Shown in pieces: positions 50,607 through 62,328 of a stretch of 64,000 nucleotides of DNA; position 1 is the stretch's first letter; the number at the start of each line of letters is the position of its first letter. Below the pieces are notes generated by a model. The model did no database searches. It was given only the letters and a program-made list of their open reading frames with translations, and had not been told where the DNA came from. The position numbers and the translations under genes are program-made. The stretch is from Carcharhinus amblyrhynchos (Eukaryota): NCBI GenBank assembly GCA_965287045.1, contig OZ336872.1, forward strand, positions 41,168,001 to 41,232,000, given 5' to 3'.

Positions 50607-52911
50607 GGGCAAAATTCTCCCATGTCCCCACCAGTGGGATCACTGGGGGAGGGGGGAGTGGGAGGGATTCAGTGGGAGGTCCAAAAATTGGTTTCATGCT
50701 GGCATAAAATGACAGCAGCATTTTCTGATGTTGCCCCGCAATATGCCAGAGGCAGGCATTAAAATGATTTGCATCCCACTGTTGGGATGCAGTTGAAGGC
50801 CTGACTGGAATTCTCTAACACCAGCCAGAAATCACGTCAGTTAGAACATGTCTGGACCAACATGGTGTGCAGAAGTTGGCATTTACCTAACAGCCCAGCT
50901 CAGATCGTGATGTTGGAGGCTGACAGTTATTGGACCCTGGAGCAACACGTGGTAGGTGGGGTCTCATCCACATGGCTCCTTCCCAAAGCAAATTTTGGAA
51001 GGTGGGAGTTCTCCATGCAGCAGCTTTGACTTTGCTGAGGTTTTGGACCACTTTCCAGGGACTTTGCCATTGGGGATGAAATCCTCAAGCTGCAGGGAGG
51101 AACTGATGGGAGGCGAAGGATCGGGGAGGAATGACCAGTTCAGAAGCGGGAGGGTGAATGTGTACAAAGGGAGGGGTCAACGGAATCAATACTTGATGCC
51201 TGGGGATTGGACTCAGGAATGAAATGAGGGTATCAGCAATGAGGCAGAGGGAGCTGGGATGGTTCAGGGCACTCACAAAGCCTTTAGAAGGATGCCACAA
51301 AATAAATAGTTGACAATTTGTGACAACTATTTGGTCACCTGTGCAACCAGTTGTGATCATTTTTTTAACATTTTTCTTGGCTTACCATTTCTTCTAGATG
51401 CTGCCCTGACACCTGCAGCAGAGGTGGAAGCAGTCTGCTGAGACATATGCCCTGTCGCTTTTGATGACTTTGGCAGTCATTCTTGGGCTTCCTTTGGCTG
51501 TCCTCCTACGGACTAGTTGCATCCTCTGTAATAACAGGTTGAAGGGATGATAGACAAAGTGGGTTGGGATGGTGCAGACAATCTCTGGGAGCCCTGAATA
51601 GCTGATCCAGAGGTGTCCAGCTACTGTTCCCCCACCCCTTTGGTGTCCAAGGGCTCCAACCTGACTCTGAGGAAAAGGAGCACCTGATAGGAGATTGTGC
51701 CTCTCCATGACCTTCTTGTGCAGTCACTGCAAGACCTCACCCATGGCTGCTGTAATGGAGTGCAGGTCTGTGCACATCTCCAGCAGAAACTGGATGTTCT
51801 GCTAGACCAAGTACACCATGGCATCCTCCCCATGGTAACCTCAATGCACACACATGTGGGCAACTCTTCATCAAAAGAAAGCAGATGGACCCGTCACACT
51901 CACATGTCACTATTTTGCAGACTTCCATCACCTCTGCCTGATGTTGCTAAGAATCTTGTTGACTCTTCACCATGAGTTAGAAGGCTGATTACAGAGGTTT
52001 TCCACCAGACTCTGGCCTCTCAGCAGCTGTTGCATGTGTGGGTGGGGGGGTGGTGGTGGTCAGCTAAAACTGCCTCCTCCTGCTGTGTCCGTGCTGTGAC
52101 CTCCAGATAATGTGAGATCCTCCCTAACTTACCACCAACACCCATCAAGGTGTATGTTCCTGAGCTGGTGGAGGGTGTAGATGTTTGCTGTGATGCCTCT
52201 ACAGTTGTGCAGCTTTTTTCTCATTCTCTCTGCTAGTTCCTCTCTCAGCTGGAGAGGTGCAGATGCCTGAGAAGGAGTCCCTTGTTCAGTGCTTGGTCTC
52301 TTCCTGAAAGCGTCTGTCAGTGAGATAAGAAAGTGCAAGTGACAGCAACAGTTGCCTCCAATGTGGGGACATATTTGACCCTCACTTCCATTTGGTGGAA
52401 GGATCCTTACTAGGTTGGTCCCCGACTCTGAGCTCCCTACTGCCAATGGCACAGTCCTGCTCCACTCCTGCAAGCTCAGGTGCCTCTTAAATTTGGTGAG
52501 AGGTTTCAGATGTGCACCACCACCACCACCCCCCTCCACCGCCAACCCATCTCGATCTTCTGTCATTCTCTGCGGATGCAGTTGATGTTACCCTGCTCAA
52601 AGACAACAAAACATGGACTTGCGAGGAACTGCATTTGAACATTGCAGTTTGACTCATTTCTCATCTAAATTGCAATTTAGCTGACTTTTGTCAGGCAGAG
52701 CATCACTGGTGTTAATTGTGCAGCAGAGTTGTAGATCAGCTCACCACTGCCACCGCCGCCACATTGCTGAGCCCATCCAAATGCAAGGTGGCAGCTCAGA
52801 CAGGCATCTGATGAGTGGAAGTGTACTGCATAATTAATGAGGCTGGGGATGGAAGATACCGAGGGCTTTCCCAAGCCATGGGGCTTGGTCCTTGATAGGA
52901 GAATTCTGCCT
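50607..52911 (-). mobile_element. Internally deleted PIF/Harbinger-like DNA transposon with Myb/SANT-like gene remnant
   Basis: Terminal inverted repeats GGGCAAAATTCTCC (50607) and GGAGAATTCTGCCT (to 52911), 12/14 complementary; minus-strand remnant 'GGGGGAHLKPLTKF' resembles the post-Myb 'TGGG...LT..EE' motif of Harbinger accessory proteins. Confidence 0.6.
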
Positions 52912-54234
52912 GTTATCTCTGGTGATATGGATCATCAAAACTTAGAGTTTATAAATGGCTAAAATTTGAATTTGGATCTCTGCAATATGAAATTCAGTAA
53001 GACTGTACTCGTGGAATGGAACCAAAATAGACAGCAACATGAATCACTGCTTTATAACACTGATTATTGGACAGCACCATTGTGTTAATCTGAATTGCCT
53101 CGTATAGTATCCCTCAGCCAGATAGTCACCTGTTTCAGTTCATATTGCAGACGATACATTGGGCATTCTTGTCGAAGGTTTGAGCAAAGGATTATTTGAT
53201 GTACTAATTCACGAATAAGTAGCCTTTTTTCATCTACTCAACTCATTAACAGTATTGTGAAGGGGGCATCTATGCGCACACAAAGCCAGAGGAAGAATAG
53301 AATAAATAAGCTCTTTAAGAGTGGAATTGAACTGTGAATGAACTGATGTTATCAATCTTTTCTTTATTTGTCAGTAGTTAACCTTTTGTTCTTTTAGTAC
53401 AGTTTGTGTTCTTTATATTTCTGTGGTTCTTCTATGGTTTCGTTTCTATGTGAAACTGTTCACTGTCCATTAGTGGAGGTACGTAGGGCATCATGTTCAG
53501 TCTGGTGTGGAGTTCTGAGGAATGATCAACATCTGTAAAGTGAACTTCTCTATTCTGTTGACATATACTGCCTACCCTATTGTGTCCAGAATTTTCTGTT
53601 CAGCCTAGATTTTCAACATTTGCATTTTTTTTCCCCCATGTAGAATAATTATTCTTTAAAGCTTAGATTTTCAATTTTAGATCCACAAACCCTTAAGGAT
53701 CTACACGAGGATCTGAGGAAGTCAACCAGGTAATTGGTAAAACAAATTGTGCATAGCAAGCATAGATTCTTGAGAATTTTGTTTTCTATGCCTTTTGACT
53801 TTCCAGCTTATTATTTCTGTTGTTATGTAGTTAAGAAATAAACAAATACTGCAACAACAGTTATTTTTCCTTGGATTGCTGGCACAAAGTCTCACCACTC
53901 AGGGTGAGGAATCTCACATACAGAAAGCTCCTGAGAATGGCCAAGCAGTATGACATCTACATCAAGGACTGTTAACTTGACTTTAAGTTGGAATATTATT
54001 CTGTATATACTTTAATAATTAACATGTACGGTAGATAACTATATGAAAATTGATCAGGATCCAAGACATAAAGTGTTGATAAGTATGGCACATTTAAATC
54101 ATGAGAGAAATGGAAAGCAGTGAAGGTGAATGGGGATGGGGGAGACATGCGGAAAACCTGTTGGAGAGAAGAGCAGTACTTCTTCAGGGTGGGCATTCCT
54201 GGAAGAGAAGTGGCAATGAGTTAAACACTGGATG

Positions 54235-54367
54235 AAGGCAAATTACTGCAGATGCTGGAATCTGAAGACAAAAGAGAAAATGTTGGGAAATCTCAGCAGG
54301 TCTGGCAGCATTTGTAAGGAGAGAAAAGAGCTGACATTTTGAGTCCAGATGACTCTTTGTCAAAACT
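54235..54367 (-). mobile_element. Penelope-derived short repeat
   Basis: Reverse complement of the Penelope terminus at 49255-49385 ('cagatgctgccagacctgctgagatttccca...cagattccagcatctgcagtaatttg'). Confidence 0.8.
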
Positions 54368-54458
54368 GCATATAAAATTATGTTTGGAAACCTTCAAAGT
54401 CAACAGCCACATTATTGACTCCATCATATCTCATTCAACTGAAGTACCCCCTTATTAA

Positions 54459-54690
54459 GTTGCTTCTCGGCCTTTTGGTTAAGATCCTGCATCGGTCAGA
54501 TCAAGCTCAAGAAGTGAAGCAATGCCTTATCTTGTCGGTGTGAATCTTGTTTGTCTCTCCTGTGGGGACCATGAATAGGATTAAATTAAAATTTGAATTT
54601 GGGGCAGGTAAAGAATTGATTCTGATCTGCCCATTCCACTCTGAACATTGCCTTTGAAACTTTAAGAATGAAGTAAAAATTATTTTAAAA
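54459..54690 (+). pseudogene. Divergent U2 snRNA-derived retroposed element
   Basis: 5' 'gttgcttctcggccttttggttaagatc' versus U2 'atcgcttctcggccttttggctaagatc'; collinear U2-like blocks downstream; A-rich tail; flanking repeats ccccttattaagt (54448-54460) and ctcctcattaagt (54693-54705). Confidence 0.75.
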
Positions 54691-55029
54691 ATCTCCTCAT
54701 TAAGTCACTGATATTTTACAATAACAAAGTCAACAGCCAAAGGTAATGTTGGAGGGTGGAGACTATTGTGTTTGGAGAATTTATAGGCCACCAGCATTCA
54801 ACCCAGCAACCTGTTCTCATCTTGGCAGATGTACTAAAATGTTAAATTCTGATCTCTTTGACAGTGAATTACCTATAATGACAAAGGCTATCTCACCTAA
54901 TTTTTTAAAATAATATGGGCAGACTTTACCAGAATCTTATAGTTCCACGTATCTAGTTGGATTGAGATGCATTAGCATTGCACTGATACCGAAACTTTCC
55001 AGCAACCTTTTAAATATGAGAGGCAATAA

Positions 55030-55250
55030 AACATAGAATCCCTACAGTGCAGAAGGAGGCCATTGGCCCTTTGAGTCTACACCAACTCTCTGAAAGAGTA
55101 TCTTACCGAGGCCCACCCCTCCACCCTATCCCTGTAACCCTGCACATTTAGCATGGCTAATCCATCTAACCTACATATCTTTGAACACTAAAAGGCAATT
55201 TAGCATGGCTAATCCACCTCACTTGTGCATCTCCTGAAACCGGAGCAGCC
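55030..55250 (-). mobile_element. HE1-type SINE 3' portion
   Basis: 'catagaatccctacagtgcagaaggaggccatt...ggcaatttagcatggctaatccacct'. Confidence 0.85.
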
Positions 55251-55519
55251 AATGGAAATAGCCATACAACAAATTAAATTAGTTTCCTATGGCAAATGAG
55301 AAGATATCCGTATTGCTACAAGAAGTATTCCATTTGCAGACTTAAATCTCTGTAGATCTACTGAATGAGGCAAATTAAGCCAGCTGTTTTCTCTGGTTTA
55401 AGTGTGTATTTCAGTAGGATTGACCCTATCATTCTGATCAAACATCAATTTGTTTCAAACATCTGCTTTTAAACCTGAGTGTCAAAAACAGCCCACCTCT
55501 ATGTAGTTATCCTCAATTA

Positions 55520-55802
55520 TAAACAATAGTAACTTTCATGACCTCAGGACACCCCAAAGTGACAAATGAAGTACTTTCGAAATGTACTTACTATTGTGAT
55601 GTGGCAGACCTGGTATTTAATTTGCACATAGGACATTCCCACAGCAGCAATAACTAGGTAGTCTGTTATAGTGGTGTTGATTAAGGGATAAATATTGAAC
55701 AGCACACCAGGGAAAACCACCCACAGATCTTCTTCTAAATAGTGCCATGGGTTTTACTTCTATCTCTGAGGAGCCTCGATTTAACATCACATCTGAAAGA
55801 CT
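55520..55802 (-). mobile_element. DeuSINE (SacSINE1/AmnSINE1-related) fragment
   Basis: Reverse strand reads 'gtctttcagatgtgatgttaaatcgagg...cccatggcactatttagaagaaga...ccctggtgtgctgttcaatatttatccctt', the recalled Deu-domain pattern. Confidence 0.7.
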
Positions 55803-56504
55803 CAAAAACACCTTGCAGAATTAACAATAGAAAACAGATGCTTGCCTTAATTAATCACCAAAATCCCCACAATTTAATTAAATAACACTTTTCACTTCAG
55901 AGGGACAATAATGCTAATTAAGTGAAGGAAATCAGATTTATCTTTTGATCAAAGACACAACTTGATCTTTATGTAAACAATACATGCAATTAAAATCTAA
56001 TTTTTATTTAAATGTTGTGATATAATAACAGTTATTCAGCCTTGATATAGTTGAAGAGTTTTGATTATGGACCAAGCAGTTTCAGCAACCCTGTCATGGG
56101 GATAATATAAGGGACCTCAGTGAGAACTTAATTCAGGAATATATTTATATATTCTACTTAATTTGAGGACTGAAAGTGTCCTGAATTGCAAGGGAAGGAC
56201 ACCAACACAGTCAAATGTCAAATGAAGATATTTGTAAACGAAAAGTTAAATGGAATATGCGCTCCATGGAAATGTGCTGGAGGTATCAAACTACTACAGC
56301 AAATCGAGGTAATTAGCACCATCAGCAGAGCCTTTCCAAGAGGTAAAGAAAGCAAATAAGGTGTGGCATTGCATAGCAAAGGATAAAAGTTACAAACTGA
56401 AAGTGTAAGTTTTTGTGATTCACATTGACAGTCATTACTTTTGGAAAGCTGAAATGTGGGTTAATATTTGTTGATTAAGCAATGGCTAAATTGGGCTTTT
56501 CTGG

Positions 56505-56645
56505 GCTCTGGAGAAATGTCAATGGACTTGAAGCATTAACTCTGTTTCTACAAGTCCATAGATGCAGCCGGACCTGCTGAGTTTCTCCAGCATTTTCTGT
56601 CTTCATTATTAGATTTCCAGTATCTTCCAGTGTTTTGCTTTGATT
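56505..56645 (+). mobile_element. Penelope-derived short repeat
   Basis: 'agatgcagccggacctgctgagtttctccagcattttctgt...agatttccagtatc', as at 49300-49385. Confidence 0.75.
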
Positions 56646-57655
56646 CTGTAACTGAGCTGCTCTTCCTCCAGTACCAGTTTTGCCTGTAATGGAAAAGGTT
56701 TCAGCCTCTTCACAGTGCATCTGGAAAATCTTACAAGGATAGGAATTCCAAATGAAAGATAGAGCAGACAGAGTCAGTTTGAATTGCAGCAGCGCTCGGA
56801 AGCAACATCAAGGAGAGGAGGAAAGGGAAGAAGTCAGTCACGGTGTTGGAGAATTGGGAGAAGAGTCCTTGCATCAGCAGAAGAGTGGCAAGGTCCTGGC
56901 ATTACGTTGTGGGAATTTTAACTAGGTGGAGAGGTAAAAGGCAGGGGCAGAGTAAAATATTAACTGAGAGGCAGAGGCTGAGAGTCGGGGAAAGAACCCA
57001 CTAACCCATTAACTGGTAGTGTAATCCAACTGAATACAGACAGGGAAGGTTTAGTCAAATTAAACTGAGGGCTATGATCTTGAACTACAATACAGGTGAT
57101 CAAATGTTAGGTTGAATTGAGTACAGAATGGGTGAAGGATGTCAGAATGAACTGGATGGAGTTTGGAAGAGTAGAGAATGTTTGAACGGGTTCGTTATTA
57201 GCAGGGGTTCAGTCCCTCTGGAGACGGGATTAAACTGGAAAGATTAACCAACTAGTTAGATCTCGTATCCCAATTCTCTCAGCCTGAATCCCATTTCATT
57301 ACAAGTTCAGATGGGCGTGCTTGAGTATATCATAAGCTTTAAAATTGTGCATAAAAGTAAGTTAGCTGTTAGTACTGCAGACCGGAACAATTTTTGATTT
57401 GTGACGTAACAACTGTTAGGAGTGAATTCTTTTGTTTAAATGCAGAAAATACCATTTTCACAATTAGCAGTTATTGTTGATAGAACCATTACAATATCAC
57501 TCAAACCTAAATTTAGGAGAAATGATAGATCATATGTAATTAGAATCTCATCAATGTTTATTTCTAAGAATTACAACTGCAATAAAGGTAGAATCTTTTA
57601 AGTAGTTATTAATTTGAGAAGGTTTTCAATTGATTTTTCTTTATCTTTATTATCC

Positions 57656-58685
57656 TGTTATGATCCCAGCTGATGTTACCATTGGAAAAGTTAGAATGGA
57701 ACCTGTCTTGATATCTTTTAGATATGCGAATGAACAGTCACAGGACTACCAATAAACTAGTAACAAAATAACAAACATGTATTAAGGAAGAAAAGATTAA
57801 CTATAATACACTACTCCTTCATCTCAGCTAAACCTTTACAGACTTGTAAGGATAACACAAGTTACAAAATCTATCTTGTATTCTAACATTCCCAGTAAGC
57901 ACGTAGTTCATGTAAACCAATAGGCAACCTGTGGTCAGACACCTCCACACTTTGAAACCAAGTGTAAATGCCACTCAAACAACCTTTATGGGTTTCCCAT
58001 TAATTCTCAACAAGGATCCACCTCCATGGTTCAGCTTCCCTTTCGGTGTTCATGTGCATTCAAGCTTCCCCTTCCATAGATTCACTCGGTTATCCAGTCA
58101 TGCCAACAGAACACTACTGCTTTACAGGCCAGTAATAAGGAGAAAAAAAACCTTCTGATGACTTCAGATGTCTGGCTTCTCACAAGTTGATTTTAAAGTC
58201 TGCTTCTTGCAGCTGTCTTTACTTCAGAACCCTTTGTTTCTTGCTTTAACTTCACTGAACAGGACTTTGCTCAGATTCCTGTCTTTGACTTCACAGTCTT
58301 CCTGGAACTCTTTTTTTGTCCCATTCCCTGGTTTCCAAAGAACTTCCTGTTCTTTAGCTTGGAACTTGCCCTCTGCAGTCTCTTCCCTGCTCAGCTGCTT
58401 TCTTCTTGGTTATCTGGTTTCATCTGCCTCAGGTTCTCTTGCTGTTTTAGTGTGGCTCCTGGTTGCTAAGCAACAAGATGGTTTTCCTTTGAACCCTATT
58501 TGCTTTAATGTCCCAACAGCCTCATTACTATGTGAGCAACCGAGCCAAACTGAAGTTATTAACCCTTTCAGAACACACAAATTCAGAAACCCCAAATCAA
58601 GCTTATTTAAAGCCGAACCTTATTTCAATTAGTGCACAGAAACAAATATAAACTACTTAAAACTGCTCCTATTTCCTAACCAACA
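57656..58685. mobile_element. Probable solo LTR (~1 kb)
   Basis: Starts TGTTA, ends near ...AACA; pyrimidine-rich repetitive core; no coding motif; no clear TSD. Confidence 0.45.
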
Positions 58686-59064
58686 GTGCCATCTTACAGA
58701 TTGTATATGAGCTTATTGAAATGGACACTGACAGACATGTGGAATCTTTATCCTACAGAGGGTGTTAGCTTTGAGGACACAATTTCTAAATTAATTATAA
58801 AGCACAGTTTTCAGTAAAATAGCTTGAGTGTTTTTTTTTCTCCTCCCCTTATCTGTGTAATGTTCTTGAATGAGATTAAATAGAATTTAGTTTATTGTGC
58901 AAGAGAAAATTTATTTCAGGTATTTTCTTCTCATTGCTAAATAATACTTGCACAATATTGCAAATTATCAAGTCAGAAAGTTGTAATGCCCTGATAATGG
59001 AGGAGGAAAATCTCTTCATATCTATCTAATGTCCTGCATATAGATAGGAAAATGATGCCCGTTA

Positions 59065-60120
59065 CAATAACATGCATTTATATAATGCCTTTAATGTAAT
59101 AAAAGTGTGATTACAATGATAGCGGCTCAAGAGGCCAGAGTTAGATCAGCATATTATAGATCAAGAGGAAAATATAGGGATTGGGAGAGGCCATGATACA
59201 GATTTGAAAACAAGGATGAAAACTTCAACAGGGCACAGTTGTAGGTGAGTGAACACAAGGGTGAGGGGGCAGTGGGATTTGGTGCGAGTTAGGACATGGG
59301 CAGCAGAGTTTCGGCTCAAGTTTAAGAAGGGTAGAATGTGGGGAACCAGCCAGGAGTGCATTAGAATGGTTGTTTCTGGAGGTAGAAAAGCAATGGTACG
59401 GATGTTTCAGCAGTAGAAGGGCTGAAACAGGCAATATTAAGAGGACAGACATTGGCCTGTTAGTGACAGTGTGGCTCCATGTCAGGTATATCACTGAGCT
59501 TGTGAATATTTGCTTCAGTCTTTGATTTTGCCAGGGAGAGGGAGGGGATTGCTAGTGAGGGAGAAAAGCTTATTCCCTGAAGGTAATGACTTTGGTCTTT
59601 GCAGTATTTAATACTGTTGAATAAGCAGTCTGATAGCATCAGTGGAGGAGTGGTAAGATGTGGTGGTGAGGTAAAGCTGGATTTTGTCAAATATGGGAAT
59701 AATGTGTTTCTGCACAATGTTGCCAAGGGGAGGCACGCAGATGAGAAATGGGACGGGACCTTGGGGTCACCAGAGGTAACTGCGGAAGTAGTAAGAGAAA
59801 CCATTGATGGTGGTTCTCTGGTATGGTTCGATCATTAAAAGTGGAATATGGAGAGTGCCATCCCACTTGGTTGAATAACACTGGAGATGCATTGGAGAAT
59901 AGTGTGATCAGCTGTGTCAAAGGATGGTTGAGGAGGGATTGTTTGCTTTTGCCACAGTTACTGGATGTTATTTGTGACTTTGATAGGAGCTGCTTCAGCC
60001 CTGTGGCAAGACTAAACCTGGTTGGGGAGATTCACATATGGAATTCTAGGAAAGACGGGAGAGAATTTGGGAGGCAACAACATGTTTAAGATGTTGGAGA
60101 GAAAAGGGAGGATAGAGATG
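59065..60120 (-). mobile_element. Degenerate L2 LINE (RT and C-terminus)
   Basis: Minus-strand 'NSAAHVLTRTK', 'SNALLAG', 'KTEA', and the 'VTSG.P.' (GVPQG-like) region; L2 3' end 'aaggcattatataaatgcatgttattgt'. Confidence 0.75.
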
Positions 60121-61036
60121 AAAAACAAGGTATGTACCAAATTAATAACTTGTTACTGTGTTTGGGGCTGATGGATGAGGTTGTCCATGTCATATAATGG
60201 TTTACTTTTCATGGTTACTGCTATTTATCCTGCACTGAAGTTTCAAGTGCAATTTCCTGCTATAAACATCAGTTTTTTTTTCATTGGAGACGTGTTAAGA
60301 GCTGTCTATGTGTTTAATGAGGGTGAAAAAAAGACTTGTATCAGCAAAGTAGCACTTGTTCTTAACTCACTGGCCAAACCACATTAGTCTTAATTTTTTT
60401 CTATTTTCCAGCTATGATACAAACCTTTCACATAAAGGCAAAGGAGAATCACTTTTTTGTACTTTTATGAAAATGATGAATCTTGTTGCTTCATAATCAG
60501 ATGATCAGTGCTTCAAACCACAGAAGCGCCTATTAGATTATTGTTGCTCTTCTGTCTTAGCTGGTTACTTCTCCTTTTTCCAGTTCAGGATGGATGATTA
60601 GATGAGTTGATAGAAGCAAGGTTTTTTTTAAAGACACAAAGTAAAATTGATGTTGTCAAGCTCGCTATTATTAAGCCACGGCAATAAGTTCTAGCAAAAT
60701 TCACACCTCGGACTATACTGTTCGCCCACCAACAGAGAACTTGTCATGGAAGATAAACAAGGTAAATTGGGCTTAACAGAGTAAAAGAGATATAAATGAC
60801 TTAACAAAGATATTTGCATATCTATTTGTACATTTCCCATAACGTTTAGATCTTGACACAATGTACTCCATGACAGCACTTTCTCTCTCTGAAAAGGCTT
60901 CATTGTGAACTCTGTTCACTTTTCTACTTATAATGTTGGGACTGGAACGAAAAAAATGAATTAGCCTTGGAGCAATTATCAGTCAAAAAAATCATGGTCT
61001 TCCCATGAAAGAACCTATTTTATGCATAAAAAATAG

Positions 61037-61044
61037 TGACGTCA
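61037..61044 (+). promoter_or_regulatory. cAMP response element (TGACGTCA)
   Basis: Perfect palindromic CRE after an A-run, ~130 bp upstream of TATA, the arrangement known from the mammalian MITF-M promoter. Confidence 0.85.
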
Positions 61045-61172
61045 AAGCTTTGTAGAAACAGCTAATGGCAAATAATTTTTAATTTATGTGGCTAACTACC
61101 ATAGCATCTTGAAAGCTTCTTCTGTATGCTGTTGATATCTTTATATGCATAACTAATTAAGGGAACTTGTTT

Positions 61173-61179
61173 TATAAAA
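61173..61179 (+). promoter_or_regulatory. TATA box of the M promoter
   Basis: TATAAAA between the CRE and exon 1M coding start. Confidence 0.6.
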
Positions 61180-61340
61180 CCGAAGGTTTTGATGCCACTT
61201 TATTTAGGCCACTGGTAAACCATACTTGAATCATAGTCGATAGCTACCAATTTCCTTGTGCGGAGTAATCAGAGGTGCACTCCTGACACTTATTGGTTAA
61301 TTTACTTTAAAATACTAGTAAATGTTTTATCATACTTGAG

Positions 61341-61364
61341 ATGTTGGAGCTTAATCATTATAAG
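61341..61364 (+). CDS. MITF: MITF exon 1M coding part (MLELNHYK)
   Basis: 61332-61364 translates ILEMLELNHYK versus human MITF-M MLEMLEYNHYQ; perfect donor AAG|GTAAGT at 61364/61365; phase 0, compatible with exon 2. Confidence 0.88.
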
Positions 61365-62100
61365 GTAAGTTTTACTGTAACGTACTGTGATTGGTCAGTA
61401 TTTGAGTCTTTTTTTGGTTGTTTGTTAAAGCAAGACTTCATTTTCTTTAGTTGCAAAAACAAATTTGATGTTCTTGACGTGATTATCTTCTGAATATATT
61501 TACTGGGTGGCACCCGTTGCAGTCTTCACCATTTCCGAAATCACGGTTAAGACTTCCAAAAGTTATAAATAGTCTGCAAAAATCTGGAAGAACTGCTTAT
61601 CAATGCTAAACAGCTGCTGGCAAGTGAATTATCAGAAAATATGCTTTTGATTGAATTATAGTGTAAATTAATTTTATAACTTAATATGTGGAAATTGGCT
61701 TCACGCTTGTGAAAATTGTATGCCGTTGTAGTTTAAAGGCTGTTTGTTATGCTAGCGAGAGAAAGATTAGGAAAATCATAGATCTACAACACAGATTTGA
61801 AGTCTTACTTATAGCTCAACTTCACTAAGCTCAAGTGTGATGTGCTCTTCAAGCCCTGCGTAAAAGAGAACGCTTTGTAGCTTCTCCTTTTAATATTTTT
61901 CTAAGGGAAATGATCTTGTATTTCTGTTGTTTTGTGAATGTGTTCAATTATTTTACTTGTTCACAAGAGTGCTTTGCCAGGAACAACTTCTCAATGATAC
62001 TCAGGCTTTCGTTAAATTGTGCATTATGTAATGCTTTAATTATAGCAATGAATAAAAATCATAAGATTGACGCTGTTTTTAAATTCTGTTCTACATGTAG

Positions 62101-62328
62101 GTGCAAACCCACCTTGAAAATCCAACCAAATACCACATTCAGCAAGCCCAAAGGCAGCAGGTAAAGCAGTATCTGTCAACCACCTTGGGCAACAAGTTGA
62201 CAAACCAAGCCTTAAGCATGCCCTGTCCTAACCAACCAAGTGATCATGCCATGCCTCCAGGAACTGGAAGCAGTGCACCTAACAGCCCAATGGCCATGCT
62301 AAACATCAGCTCAAACTGTGAAAAAGAG
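62101..62328 (+). CDS. MITF: MITF (microphthalmia-associated transcription factor) coding exon 2
   Basis: [76 protein letters not shown]; acceptor TAG|GTG, donor GAG|GTAATC; 228 nt, phase 0/0; includes the SAPNSP phospho-motif (human S69/S73). Confidence 0.97.

Larger units (their letters stand above)
60600..61340 (+). promoter_or_regulatory. MITF: MITF-M (melanocyte) promoter and 5' UTR region
   Basis: Repeat-free region directly upstream of exon 1M with SOX motifs (ACAAAG ~60636 and ~60803, ACAATG ~60858, CATTGT 60901), 'ACTGGAAC...TGAATTAGCCTTG' resembling the recalled mammalian PAX3/LEF1 block, a CRE and a TATA box. Confidence 0.75.

Noticed and set aside
58168-58632. 154-aa hydrophobic ORF
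   Set aside because: Arises from the pyrimidine-rich core of a probable solo LTR; low complexity, no homology recognised.
1-61340. MITF exons 1A, 1H and B1b (MTSRILLRQQLMREQ...)
   Set aside because: B1b would give a Gln-rich ORF over 60 aa and none is in the ORF track or seen by eye; presumably upstream of the window.
62101-62328. Assignment of the exon to TFE3, TFEB or TFEC instead of MITF
   Set aside because: The PCPNQP.DH.MPP segment and the upstream 1M exon with a CRE promoter are MITF-specific.
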